DNA of 40,766 nt from Kagunavirus LF7074P3, in the sequence record OZ035791.1; one strand, 5' to 3'. The position numbers and the translations under genes are program-made. Every line of letters starts with the position of its first letter. Within the stretch, counting starts at the first letter, position 1. The notes beneath the pieces were generated by a model. It did no database searches and was not told the origin of the DNA. It saw only the letters and a list, made by a program, of their open reading frames with translations. Shown piece after piece: positions 1-8,987 of this stretch.

Positions 1-33
1 GTAACAACGAATATGGGCGAGGTAGAGGAATGA
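1..33 (+). CDS. terS: putative C-terminal 10 codons + stop of terS, if window end joins window start
   Basis: Frame from 40251 continues in phase through 1..30 and stops at TGA 31-33, overlapping terL ATG (30-32) as ATGA. Confidence 0.5.
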   Translation, partial: VTTNMGEVEE

Positions 34-1280
34 GTATTCAGCTATCCGCCCCTCAGGCACTGTTCCTGAATTGTGACAATAAATACAAGGCCTACGTCGG
101 TGGCTTCGGCAGCGGCAAGACGTTTGTCGGCTGTCTTGACCTGCTTACATTTATGCTCAAGCACCCCGGTACGCGCCTCGGATACTTCGGCCCGACATAT
201 CCGGCTATCCGTGACATCTTCTACCCGACATTTGAGGAAGCCGCTAACCTGCTCGGCCTCGATGTGCTGGTTAAATCTGGCGACAAAGAAGTCGTGGTTA
301 CTCGCGGTAAGACGGTGCTCGGTACAGTTATCTGCCGTTCTATGGATAACCCAGGCTCGATAGTCGGCTTCAAAATCGCTGCTGCGGTCGTGGATGAGCT
401 TGATGTATTGAGCCGTGAGAAAGCTGAGCTGGCGTGGAACAAAATAGTCGCCCGTATGCGTCTGGTTATCCCCGGCGTAACTAACCACATCTCTGTCACC
501 ACGACACCGGAAGGGTTCAAGTTCGTCTACGCCAAGTTCAAAGAGAACCCGACGCCGAGTTACTCGATGGTGCAGGCTTCTACACACGAGAACGCGCGAT
601 TCCTGCCGCCTGACTACATTAGCTCACTGACCGAGACTTACCCCGCGCAACTGATTAACGCGTACCTGAACGGTGAGTTCGTTAACCTGACATCCGGCAG
701 CGTGTATTATGCGTATGACCGTCGCAAGCACCGCAGCAAAGAGACAATTCAACCGGGCGATACACTGTACATCGGGCAGGACTTCAACGTTACGAAGAAC
801 GCCAGCGCCGTGTATGTGCAACGTAAAGACGGCTGGCACGCGGTGGCAGAACTGAAAGGTCTGTTTGATACGCCGGACACCGTGCGTGTAATTACTGAGA
901 AGTGGAAGTCGCAGGGCCACCGCATAGTCGTTTACCCGGACGCCAGCGGCAAGAACCGCAAGACCAACTCGGCGTCAATCTCAGATATTGCGTTACTCCA
1001 GCAGGCCGGTTTCGATGTTCGCGCTAAATCCGCCAACCCTCCGGTTAAAGACCGTGTTTTAGCCGTGAATACTGCACTGGAAAAAGGTAAGCTGTGGGTT
1101 AATGACCACTTATGCCCCGAGATAGCGAAGACGCTGGAGCAGCAGGCATACGATGATAACGGAGAGCCAGCTAAAGACGGCATCATTGACCATATGGCGG
1201 ATGCTCTCGGCTATCCTGTAGTTTACGAGATGCCGGTGGCTAAACCAGTAATCAACATCCCGGTGACTTTCGCACTTTAA
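30..1280 (+). CDS. terL: terminase large subunit
   Basis: 416-aa ORF with Walker-A-like GGFGSGKT near N-terminus; ATG at 30 overlaps (ATGA) the stop of the terS frame if window ends are joined; RBS GAGG upstream. Confidence 0.85.
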   Translation: MSIQLSAPQALFLNCDNKYKAYVGGFGSGKTFVGCLDLLTFMLKHPGTRLGYFGPTYPAIRDIFYPTFEEAANLLGLDVLVKSGDKEVVVTRGKTVLGTVICRSMDNPGSIVGFKIAAAVVDELDVLSREKAELAWNKIVARMRLVIPGVTNHISVTTTPEGFKFVYAKFKENPTPSYSMVQASTHENARFLPPDYISSLTETYPAQLINAYLNGEFVNLTSGSVYYAYDRRKHRSKETIQPGDTLYIGQDFNVTKNASAVYVQRKDGWHAVAELKGLFDTPDTVRVITEKWKSQGHRIVVYPDASGKNRKTNSASISDIALLQQAGFDVRAKSANPPVKDRVLAVNTALEKGKLWVNDHLCPEIAKTLEQQAYDDNGEPAKDGIIDHMADALGYPVVYEMPVAKPVINIPVTFAL

Positions 1281-1291
1281 GAGGACAACAA

Positions 1292-2785
1292 ATGGTTTCC
1301 GCAAACATTAACGCAGGGCAAGGGCAGAACGTTAAAACCCGCCACCGCCAGTACGAAGAGTATTTCCCTAAGTGGCAGAAGGTGCGACATGCGCTTTCTG
1401 GCGACCTGACATCGTATCTACGTGACGTCAGTAAGAACGAGCCGGACCCGGTTTACGGTCTCCAGCGTCAGGCTGAATACGAAGCGGGGGCAATTTGCTA
1501 CAACTTCACCAAGCGAACGCTTTCAGGCATGGTCGGCAGCGTAATGCGCAAAGACCCCGAGATGATTATTCCGTCTCAGATGGAATACCTGACCACTAAC
1601 TGTGACGGGTCGGGCGTTGGCCTGTGGCAGCACGCACAGGATACTCTGTATGAGATTGATGCTGTTGGTCGCGGTGGTTTGCTGGTTGACGCCCCCGCGG
1701 TAGAAGTAGCTACCATGGCAGAGCAAAACGAGGGTTTACTAAACCCAACAATCGCTTTCTACACCGCAGAGAATATCATCAACTGGCGTCTCCAGCGCGT
1801 CGGGTCTGTTAATCGTGTGGTTATGGTTGTATTGCGTGAGGAATACGAGTACACCGATGGCGCGAATGAGTTCCGCCCCAACTACGGCGAGCAATACCGA
1901 GTCCTTGATATTTTCGAAGGCCAGTATCGCCAGCGTCTGTACCGCTTTAACCAGAAAGGTGCACTGACGGAAGGTGGCTATATCGAAATATTCCCGAAAC
2001 TCGGTAATATTCCGGTCGGGGTGATTCCGTTCACGTTCATCGGCGCGGGAAATAACGACTCAACCCCTGACGATGCACCTTTGCTGCCGTTGGCTGAACT
2101 TAATATCGGGCACTACCGCAACAGCGCGGACAATGAGGAGTCCAGCTTCGTCGTAGGCCAGCCTACTCTGTTCATCGCCCCCGGTGAGAACATGAGCATG
2201 GGACAATGGAAAGAAGCCAACCCTCGCGGAGTGCGTATGGGGTCACGTTCTGGCCATAACATCGGTTACGGCGGCAATGCGTTTCTGGTCCAGGCCGGTG
2301 AGAACAACCTAGCCAAGCAGAACATGTTGGATAAAGAGAACCAGGCAATCCAGATTGGTGCACAGCTTATTACCCCGACGCAGCAAATCACCGCGGAATC
2401 GGCACGCCTGCAACGCGGCGCTGATACGTCCGTTATGGCAACAATCGCACGTAACGTAAGCATGGCGTATACCGATGCGTTGCGCTGGGTCGCGGGTATG
2501 CTTGGGCTTAGCGACAGCACTGAAATTGAGTTCAAACTGAACATGGAGTTCTTCCTGCAACCAATGACCGCTCAGGACCGCGCGCAGTGGATGGCGGATA
2601 TTAACGCGGGCCTGTTACCGGCTACCGCTTACTATGCTGCGTTGCGTAAGGCGGGGGTAACTGACTGGACAGACGAGGACATTAAGAACGCTATCGAGGA
2701 TGCGCCTCTGCCATTAGGTGCTGTTGCTCAGGTGGCTGGGGAGATTCCGCAGTCGGCGCAGCAAAAAGACCCCACCCAGCAGTAA
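1292..2785 (+). CDS. portal protein (positional call)
   Basis: 497-aa ORF 12 nt downstream of terL, size and position typical of portal; no motif verified. Confidence 0.7.
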   Translation: MVSANINAGQGQNVKTRHRQYEEYFPKWQKVRHALSGDLTSYLRDVSKNEPDPVYGLQRQAEYEAGAICYNFTKRTLSGMVGSVMRKDPEMIIPSQMEYLTTNCDGSGVGLWQHAQDTLYEIDAVGRGGLLVDAPAVEVATMAEQNEGLLNPTIAFYTAENIINWRLQRVGSVNRVVMVVLREEYEYTDGANEFRPNYGEQYRVLDIFEGQYRQRLYRFNQKGALTEGGYIEIFPKLGNIPVGVIPFTFIGAGNNDSTPDDAPLLPLAELNIGHYRNSADNEESSFVVGQPTLFIAPGENMSMGQWKEANPRGVRMGSRSGHNIGYGGNAFLVQAGENNLAKQNMLDKENQAIQIGAQLITPTQQITAESARLQRGADTSVMATIARNVSMAYTDALRWVAGMLGLSDSTEIEFKLNMEFFLQPMTAQDRAQWMADINAGLLPATAYYAALRKAGVTDWTDEDIKNAIEDAPLPLGAVAQVAGEIPQSAQQKDPTQQ

Positions 2786-2795
2786 GTTCACATAT

Positions 2796-2816
2796 AGCCC
2801 CGAAAGGGGCTTTCTT
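2796..2816 (+). terminator. rho-independent terminator
   Basis: AGCCCC-GAAA-GGGGCT hairpin followed by TTCTT, 11 nt after portal stop. Confidence 0.6.
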
Positions 2817-2821
2817 ATAGT

Positions 2822-3898
2822 ATGCTATTAACTTTAGCGCCACAGGGTTTATCTATGAGCTTACTTACATCACTAATCAGCCACCAGATATGGCTGCAAC
2901 GAACCGCATCCGGTGAGGTGAAAGACCTCGCGCCGTTCATTAAGGAGATGCGGGACGAAATCAAACGGCAGGTGCTGCTATTCGGCGACGGCGGTCGCAG
3001 CACTGCGCGACTGAATAAACTGTTACGTGACCTTGAAGAAGCACTGACAGGACTTACTGGTGACTGGCAAACAAAGCTGGCAGAAGACCTCAAGGAACTG
3101 GCGGTGTATGAAGCTGAGTGGAACGTAAAGACCCTGACCGCCAACGTAGATGCGGAATTTGTTACGCCCACCGCCGAACAGGTGTGGGCCGCTGCTGAGT
3201 TTCAGCCATTATCATTGAGTGGCAAGCCAGTTGATTTCACTAAACTGATGTCAGGTTGGGGTGAAACGGAAGTAGCACGTCTTGTAACCGGCGTTAAGAT
3301 GGGCTTTGTACAAGGTCAAACAACACGGCAGATTGTTAAGAATGTAGTAGGCGCCGGTGGGCTGGCTGACATCTCTGAGCGTAACGCCGCTACCGTCATC
3401 CGCACCGCGCTGTCTCACGTGTCCAACGAAGCCCGTAACGAGACGTACCGCCAGAACGACGACATCATCGAGAAGTACGAGTGGGTGTCAACGCTGGACA
3501 GCCGTACCAGTACGATTTGCAGAGCCAGAGACGGAATGACGTGGGAAATTGGTAAAGGGCCGATGCCCCCTGCCCATCCGAACTGCCGGTCGTGCACGGC
3601 TCCGGTAATCAGTTCCGAGTTCGACTTCCTCGATAAAGGCGCAAAACGCGCGGCTAAGGGCGCCGAAGGCGGTACTCAGGTAAGTGCGGACACCACCTAT
3701 TACGAGTTCCTGAAACAACAACCGGCATGGTTTCAGGACCAGGCGCTCGGCCCTGTTCGCGGTAAGATTTTCCGTAACAGCGGTATATCGCCGGAAGAGT
3801 TTCGCGTAATATCTGTAGATGGTTTCGGGAACCCGCTGACGCTTAAGCAGATGGCGGAACTCGATAAACGTGTTGCTGATTATCTGAAAGGGGAATAA
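2822..3898 (+). CDS. head morphogenesis / minor head protein (positional call)
   Basis: 358-aa ORF following portal; start codon uncertain (2822 or 2855); stop overlaps next ATG (TAATG). Confidence 0.55.
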   Translation: MLLTLAPQGLSMSLLTSLISHQIWLQRTASGEVKDLAPFIKEMRDEIKRQVLLFGDGGRSTARLNKLLRDLEEALTGLTGDWQTKLAEDLKELAVYEAEWNVKTLTANVDAEFVTPTAEQVWAAAEFQPLSLSGKPVDFTKLMSGWGETEVARLVTGVKMGFVQGQTTRQIVKNVVGAGGLADISERNAATVIRTALSHVSNEARNETYRQNDDIIEKYEWVSTLDSRTSTICRARDGMTWEIGKGPMPPAHPNCRSCTAPVISSEFDFLDKGAKRAAKGAEGGTQVSADTTYYEFLKQQPAWFQDQALGPVRGKIFRNSGISPEEFRVISVDGFGNPLTLKQMAELDKRVADYLKGE

Positions 3899-4359
3899 TG
3901 ATGGGCTTTTTCAAAGTAACTGACGTACCGTCTCGTCGCGTAGTCCAGTACGCCCGCGTGTCTGGCTCTGGCGAGAACGTGGTGTTTATTGAAGACGAAA
4001 GTGTACTCGGAACACCAGTGGACGATATGCCGTTTGCGGACAAGACCGGTATTGCGCTGCCAGCGGCAGGTATGCTTTATGAGATTCAGTACCTGGCGGA
4101 TGCTGGTGATGTGTATTTCTCCGTACAACCGCAGGACGCTGAACTGGCAGACGGCAGCGCAAATATCGCTGTCGAAGTTAAGGCGGGCAAAGCACCATAT
4201 GCGCTGACCTGGTACAAAGACGGGAAGGAAGTGGTAAACGCCCCGGAAGAGGCTCTGTCTCTGACGGTTAACGCAGTTGGTGAATACTTCGTTAAAGTCA
4301 CTGATGCCGATGGTATAGAGGCCGTAAGTAAAGCAGCGAAGGTTACTAAGCCAGAATAA
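3898..4359 (+). CDS. structural protein with Ig-like C-terminal domain (putative head decoration)
   Basis: 153-aa ORF; C-terminal beta-rich segment ...PYALTWYKDGKEVVN...EYFVKVTDADGIE resembles Ig-like fold; followed by strong terminator. Confidence 0.45.
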   Translation: MMGFFKVTDVPSRRVVQYARVSGSGENVVFIEDESVLGTPVDDMPFADKTGIALPAAGMLYEIQYLADAGDVYFSVQPQDAELADGSANIAVEVKAGKAPYALTWYKDGKEVVNAPEEALSLTVNAVGEYFVKVTDADGIEAVSKAAKVTKPE

Positions 4360-4363
4360 ACTG

Positions 4364-4385
4364 AAGCCCCGAAAGGGGCTTTTTA
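4364..4385 (+). terminator. rho-independent terminator
   Basis: AGCCCC-GAAA-GGGGCT hairpin + TTTTT immediately after 3898..4359. Confidence 0.8.
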
Positions 4386-4448
4386 GTGCCTGTGATTATT
4401 CCAGTTATTCCACTCAATTGTAAATGTTGGAATAAACTATTCGAATAG

Positions 4449-4477
4449 TTGACTTTTCACCAAAAATGTGCTAAGCT
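4449..4477 (+). promoter_or_regulatory. sigma70-like promoter (TTGACT-N17-TAAGCT with TGn extended -10)
   Basis: TTGACT 4449-4454, 17-nt spacer, TGcTAAGCT; abutted upstream by perfect palindrome CTATTCGAATAG (4437-4448). Confidence 0.5.
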
Positions 4478-4654
4478 CCACCTGAGCTTGTGAAGTATGA
4501 ACAAGCGACCGCGGCGCGGGCAGGTAACGGAGCGGGACGTAAGTCCTGAGTGTAGTTACGCTGACGCGTTCGGAAGGGCCATACTCTATTGCTTGTGTAA
4601 AAAGTAACTGGTTTACTGAGATTACGCCGTTTCTATGTTTAAATGATAAGGACT

Positions 4655-4681
4655 AGCGCCCCGCTTTAAGGCGGGGCTTTA
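4655..4681 (+). terminator. weak terminator / attenuator hairpin
   Basis: GCCCCGC-TTTAAG-GCGGGGC hairpin followed by only TTT; lies 20 nt before Rz start. Confidence 0.45.
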
Positions 4682-4701
4682 CTTATCGAGAAAGGGGAAA
4701 C

Positions 4702-5088
4702 ATGAATCTTAAAGCAACTGTCGTAGCGGGAGCATGTTTCATCATCCTGGCTTACGCACACGGCATCTACCAGTATCGCAGCGGCTGGAACGGAGGCCGG
4801 GCGAATCTCGTTTCGCAGCAACAGCAGAAAGCACAGGCTGAGTTAGCTAAGAAAACACAACGGCAGCGGCAGGATGAATCGAAGGCCGCCGCCGCTGATA
4901 ACGAAGGCAAGACGAAATCAGAGGTAATCACCCGTGAAGTCGTTAAGTACATTAAAACGCCTGGCCGCAGCGTGTGCACTTTTGACCCTGAGCGCGTGCA
5001 GCTCAAGTCCCGCGCCGTCGCAAACGCCAATTCCATCCCCGGATACGACGATGATGCAGCCGCCGTGCAAACTGGCACTGCCAAGTAA
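4702..5088 (+). CDS. Rz: Rz-like inner-membrane spanin (i-spanin)
   Basis: 128-aa ORF: N-terminal hydrophobic TMD (VVAGACFIILAYA), charged coiled-coil-like periplasmic domain; contains overlapping lipoprotein ORF in +1 frame; RBS AAAGGGG. Confidence 0.75.
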   Translation: MNLKATVVAGACFIILAYAHGIYQYRSGWNGGRANLVSQQQQKAQAELAKKTQRQRQDESKAAAADNEGKTKSEVITREVVKYIKTPGRSVCTFDPERVQLKSRAVANANSIPGYDDDAAAVQTGTAK

Positions 5089-5197
5089 CGACGCGGACGA
5101 GGATTTAGCTATTGACGTCCAGAACGCAGAATGTGTACGGCAACTGAGACTTAAAGTGTTCATGTTGCAGGATTACGTGAGGAATATTCTGGAATAG
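4934..5197 (+). CDS. Rz1: Rz1-like outer-membrane lipoprotein spanin (o-spanin)
   Basis: 87-aa ORF (GTG start) beginning inside Rz and extending past its stop; signal peptide with lipobox LSAC, Pro-rich mature region SPAPSQTPIPSP. Confidence 0.8.
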   Translation: MKSLSTLKRLAAACALLTLSACSSSPAPSQTPIPSPDTTMMQPPCKLALPSNDADEDLAIDVQNAECVRQLRLKVFMLQDYVRNILE

Positions 5198-5226
5198 TTG
5201 CCTTGTATGTTGGAATAATTTATTCT
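5198..5226 (+). promoter_or_regulatory. candidate promoter for scaffold/capsid genes (TTGCCT-N17-TATTCT)
   Basis: Hexamers with 17-nt spacer; overlaps 19-bp repeat ATGTTGGAATAAtttATTC (5207-5225). Confidence 0.3.
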
Positions 5227-5276
5227 TGACATGTAAATCCGGGTGGCCCGGATTCCAACGTCCAGGGGACATACTG

Positions 5277-5903
5277 ATGAGCGAAGAAGTGAAAGACGAA
5301 ACTATCGAACAACAAGAGACTAAGACCACGTTTACCAAAGAAGAAGTTGACGCGCTGGTATCCGGTCTTAAAGCTAACAACGAGAAACTCTTGTCTGAAA
5401 AGAAAGCTGCCGCCGCTGCCGCGAAAGAAGCCGCAGATGCGAAGCTGAAAGCCGAACAGGAACGCGCAAAACAGAACGGCGAACTTGAGGCATTCGAGAA
5501 AACGTTGCGCAGTCAGTATGAGCCAGTACTCGCCGAGAAAGACGGTAAGATTAGCAAAATGGCTGAGCGTATCCTCGGCGCAGAACGTAAATCAGTTATC
5601 AGCCAGTTGTCTGGCATGTTGATTGATGCGAGCGCAGCGGATATTATCGCTATGATGGTCAAGACCGAATTTGACGGCGATGACGTTGTGACCAAGTTCA
5701 CAGGTGCAGATGGTAATGTCATCACCACCGACGCAGAGCAATTTAAAAAGTATCTGCGTGAGCACAAAGCATTTTCGCATCTGATTAAAGCAGATGCAGC
5801 AACCGGCGGCGGGGCTTCCGGTAACAAAAATTCTACTGGCGGGGCCGGTGGTGCGGACGTAATCCAGCAAAAACTTAACGCCAAATACGGCAAACGAGGA
5901 TAA
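5277..5903 (+). CDS. head scaffolding protein (putative)
   Basis: ATG 5277 with RBS AGGGGA; Ala/Glu/Lys-rich coiled-coil-like 208-aa protein directly upstream of capsid gene. Confidence 0.6.
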   Translation: MSEEVKDETIEQQETKTTFTKEEVDALVSGLKANNEKLLSEKKAAAAAAKEAADAKLKAEQERAKQNGELEAFEKTLRSQYEPVLAEKDGKISKMAERILGAERKSVISQLSGMLIDASAADIIAMMVKTEFDGDDVVTKFTGADGNVITTDAEQFKKYLREHKAFSHLIKADAATGGGASGNKNSTGGAGGADVIQQKLNAKYGKRG

Positions 5904-5909
5904 CAGAAT

Positions 5910-6878
5910 ATGTCTCTGTCAGATATGAAGGTTTATAACGACGATATCGTCGGTACCACTATCGAACTGCTTGGCCAGAAAACTGACCAGTTTAACGCAG
6001 CCTCCGGTGGCGCAATTGTACTGTCTACCGCTTCATGGCGCGGTGACTTCTCCCGTGAGTCTTTCTTTAACCAGATTGCCTCCGCTAAACGCCGCGTTGA
6101 CCGTTACGCCGATATCGCGTCTCAGGCAGCTACCGCGCTGACTCAGGGCGAGCATGTAGGCGTTAAAGTCGCTGGCGGCTTCGGACCGGTACTGTTCGAG
6201 CCTGCGCAAATGACCTGGCTGAACGAAGACCCGGCGAGCGCGATTCGTGCTATCTCCGAAGGGTTCTCTGACGCACTGTTAGCTGACCAGCTTAACACCG
6301 CTGTTGGTGCCGCCGTTGCCGCGGTATCAGGTCAGACTGCACTGGTTAACGATGTATCCGCGACCGCTGGCTTGACCCTGAACGTGCTGAACAACAGCCA
6401 CGCTAAATTCGGCGACCAGTCTCAGTTGTTGGTCACTGACATCATGACCGGCGCGGCCTACCACACTCTGGTGGACAAAGCGCTGACCAACGCAAACCAG
6501 TTGTTCGTTGCTGGCAACGTTATGGTTGTCGATGTTCTCGGCAAGCGTTACGTAATCTCTGACATTCCTGCGCTGTACGAGGCCGGTACTCCGAACAAGA
6601 CTAAGGTCCTGTCCGTAGTTGCAAACGGCATCATCGTTGATAATGCTTCTGACATTATCAGCAACATTGACACCAGCAACGGTAACACCCGCATCCAGAC
6701 CACCTGGCAGGCGGACTACAGCTTCGGCCTGAAACTGAAAGGCTACAGCTGGGACGTTACCAACGGCGGTAAATCTCCGCTGGACGCAGAACTGTTCACC
6801 GCGACTAACTGGGACAAAGCTGTTGCCGAGAACAAGCACACCCTCGGTACTCTGGCAATCGCCGACGCAGACCTGTAA
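5910..6878 (+). CDS. major capsid protein (positional call)
   Basis: 322-aa ORF after scaffold, followed by strong terminator; typical late-operon position. Confidence 0.65.
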   Translation: MSLSDMKVYNDDIVGTTIELLGQKTDQFNAASGGAIVLSTASWRGDFSRESFFNQIASAKRRVDRYADIASQAATALTQGEHVGVKVAGGFGPVLFEPAQMTWLNEDPASAIRAISEGFSDALLADQLNTAVGAAVAAVSGQTALVNDVSATAGLTLNVLNNSHAKFGDQSQLLVTDIMTGAAYHTLVDKALTNANQLFVAGNVMVVDVLGKRYVISDIPALYEAGTPNKTKVLSVVANGIIVDNASDIISNIDTSNGNTRIQTTWQADYSFGLKLKGYSWDVTNGGKSPLDAELFTATNWDKAVAENKHTLGTLAIADADL

Positions 6879-6897
6879 CACGGTTAGTAGTAAAAAC

Positions 6898-6919
6898 AAA
6901 GGGGCTTCGGCCCCTTTTT
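6898..6919. terminator. rho-independent terminator
   Basis: GGGGC-TTCG-GCCCC hairpin flanked by A-run upstream and TTTTT downstream. Confidence 0.8.
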
Positions 6920-6935
6920 ACTAGGAGAAATTAAA

Positions 6936-7103
6936 GTGGAAATTAAATACGTACCAATGCCAATTACCATCGAGCAGAAGCGCGAGTATAACCGTCAGGG
7001 GTTCCGTGTGGTAGATGCTCGTTTCGCACCAGAAGGCACCGTGGTAGAATCGGCTAAAGAAGAGACACCACGCCGCCAGCGCCGGGCGAAATCAGAGGAA
7101 TAA
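6936..7103 (+). CDS. small hypothetical protein (55 aa)
   Basis: GTG start 8 nt after AGGAG; uninterrupted 55 codons; not in ORF track (below 60 aa). Confidence 0.4.
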   Translation: MEIKYVPMPITIEQKREYNRQGFRVVDARFAPEGTVVESAKEETPRRQRRAKSEE

Positions 7104-7106
7104 TTT

Positions 7107-7619
7107 ATGCCGCTAATCGTGGAAGATGGGTCGATAGTACCTGATGCCGACAGTTACATTAGTCTGACTGACGCCCGCGCGTTAGCGGCTAATTATGGTC
7201 TGGAGTTACCGGCAGACGATACTGCCGCAGAGGTGGCCTTACGTAACGGTGCTACTTATGTCGGGCTTGCAGAACCGCAGATGTGCGGTCGTCGGGTATC
7301 CGCTGAACAGTCTCTGGCGTATCCACGCACCGGTGTTACGTTGAATGGTTTCCCCGTAGCGAACAATGTCATTCCGAAGCAGGTGATTCTTGCGCAGGTA
7401 ATCGCCGCTGCTACATATGGCGCAGGTACTGAGGTGCGGGCTAACTCTGACGGACGTTCGGTACAGACCGAGCGCGTAGAGGGCGCAGTAACCGTCACCT
7501 ACTTCAATAACGGCAACAGTGGTTCTACAACCGCGATTACCGCCGCTGACGACGCCTTACGCCCGTTACTGTGTGGTGGTCTTAACAATGGCTTCTCGTT
7601 TAATGTGTACCGGGGTTAA
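7107..7619 (+). CDS. hypothetical structural protein (head-tail connector region)
   Basis: 170-aa ORF with RBS GAGGA; tightly packed in late operon. Confidence 0.5.
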   Translation: MPLIVEDGSIVPDADSYISLTDARALAANYGLELPADDTAAEVALRNGATYVGLAEPQMCGRRVSAEQSLAYPRTGVTLNGFPVANNVIPKQVILAQVIAAATYGAGTEVRANSDGRSVQTERVEGAVTVTYFNNGNSGSTTAITAADDALRPLLCGGLNNGFSFNVYRG

Positions 7620-7621
7620 AA

Positions 7622-8236
7622 ATGGCGAAGACTAAATCAGAGATGTTCACCCTTATCGGTGCGAACCTCCCCGATAACACCACCGGACTTATTACCCCGG
7701 CAGCATTGCGCGAGGTAATGACGCAGATGGCGGACTCGCCTATTTACGCCACTCCTGGTGTTAAAGAGGTTGAAGTTCTCCGCGCCGCGTCGACAGTAAC
7801 ACAAGCGCCTGCCGCAGTAGATACGGCATTGCAGGTATCGTTCGGCTCTGCCCAGGGAAGCGCATCTGACCCGGTAATGATTAATGCTGCGGGGCTGGTT
7901 ACGTTCAACACAGCGGGTAACTACGCCGTTCGCATCAAGTTACAGGCGGGCCGTACAGGGGCCAGCGGTACATCTATCCTGCTATCGCGCATCCTCGTCA
8001 ACGGTGCTCAGTACGGCTCACCCGCCGCCACGAAACTGGTAAGCGCCGACGTAACAATACCGATTGAGTCCCGCGTCGTTATTAACCCCACCGCAGGCCA
8101 GACGTTTGCCGTTCAGATTATGCGAGATAGCGCCGGAAGCAACTACGGCGGCGTGTACCCACAAGCCGCTACCGTAACCGCATGGGGCACAGCACCGTCC
8201 GCGCTACTGGTTATTTCGAGACTGGAGGCAGCGTAA
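7622..8236 (+). CDS. hypothetical structural protein
   Basis: 204-aa ORF, 3-nt gap from previous gene. Confidence 0.5.
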   Translation: MAKTKSEMFTLIGANLPDNTTGLITPAALREVMTQMADSPIYATPGVKEVEVLRAASTVTQAPAAVDTALQVSFGSAQGSASDPVMINAAGLVTFNTAGNYAVRIKLQAGRTGASGTSILLSRILVNGAQYGSPAATKLVSADVTIPIESRVVINPTAGQTFAVQIMRDSAGSNYGGVYPQAATVTAWGTAPSALLVISRLEAA

Positions 8237-8595
8237 TGAGCACCGCTTTCAGTAAACGTATGCAAGGCGTGGGTACGCGCCTGCTAACCAAATTCGGTAG
8301 CACGGTATCTCTGATTCGCGCTGGTTCAAAAGTATGGGATGAAGTTCTCGGTGAGTACGTCTGGTCTGCGGATGAAGTGTTGCCGTTGAAGGCCGTTCCG
8401 GTTCCGGTAAACGCGGGACTGGTAAACGGTACGACGATTCAGGCTGGCGACATGATTGTTAAAGCCGATTACAGCGTCGTTCCGAAGATGGAAGACAAGG
8501 TGCAATTCGGCGGCGAGCAATGGTCCATCGTAGCTATTGAGAAGAAGATGGTTAACGATGACGTCGTGGCGTACTTTATTCAGGTGAGAAAATGA
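8236..8595 (+). CDS. hypothetical head-tail joining protein
   Basis: ATG at 8236 overlaps previous stop (TAATG), RBS GGAGG; track ORF 8182 start judged N-terminally extended. Confidence 0.5.
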   Translation: MSTAFSKRMQGVGTRLLTKFGSTVSLIRAGSKVWDEVLGEYVWSADEVLPLKAVPVPVNAGLVNGTTIQAGDMIVKADYSVVPKMEDKVQFGGEQWSIVAIEKKMVNDDVVAYFIQVRK

Positions 8596-8987
8596 GTTTC
8601 GCGCTCGATGTCTCTAAGTTCGTGGAAAAGGCGAAGAAGAACCCTGAGAAGGTGATGCGTCAGGTGTCTATCAAGCTGTTTTCCGCTATTATAAAGGCGA
8701 GTCCGGTAGACACGGGCCGCTTTCGTATGAACTGGATGGCATCTGGCGGTACTCCTGCTTCCGGGATTACGGACGCTACGGATAAATCAGGAAACACAGC
8801 AACCGGAAACGCTACGAGTTTCGTGCTGAAAGCCGCTGACTGGCATGAGTTCACGCTGACAAATAATCTGCCGTATGCGCAACGGCTGGAGTATGGTTGG
8901 TCGCAACAGGCGCCAGCCGGGGTTGTCAGGACTAATGTGTCTCGCTTCCAGCAACTCATTAACGAAGAAGCCAACAAGGTGAAATGA
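8592..8987 (+). CDS. HK97 gp10-like tail-component protein (putative)
   Basis: 131-aa ORF with ...VDTGRFRMNW... segment reminiscent of HK97 gp10 family; ATGA overlap with upstream gene. Confidence 0.45.
   Translation: MSFALDVSKFVEKAKKNPEKVMRQVSIKLFSAIIKASPVDTGRFRMNWMASGGTPASGITDATDKSGNTATGNATSFVLKAADWHEFTLTNNLPYAQRLEYGWSQQAPAGVVRTNVSRFQQLINEEANKVK

Noticed and set aside
42-587. 181-aa minus-strand ORF antisense to terL
   Set aside because: Lies entirely inside the terL coding region on the opposite strand, with no RBS or operon context; typical antisense artefact. The same applies to the other short ORFs nested in terL and the portal gene.
4490-4650. Possible tRNA in the non-coding unit upstream of the spanins
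   Set aside because: No cloverleaf-compatible arrangement and no GTTC-type T-loop or matching acceptor stem was found by eye. The same holds for 34465-34660. tRNAscan would settle it.
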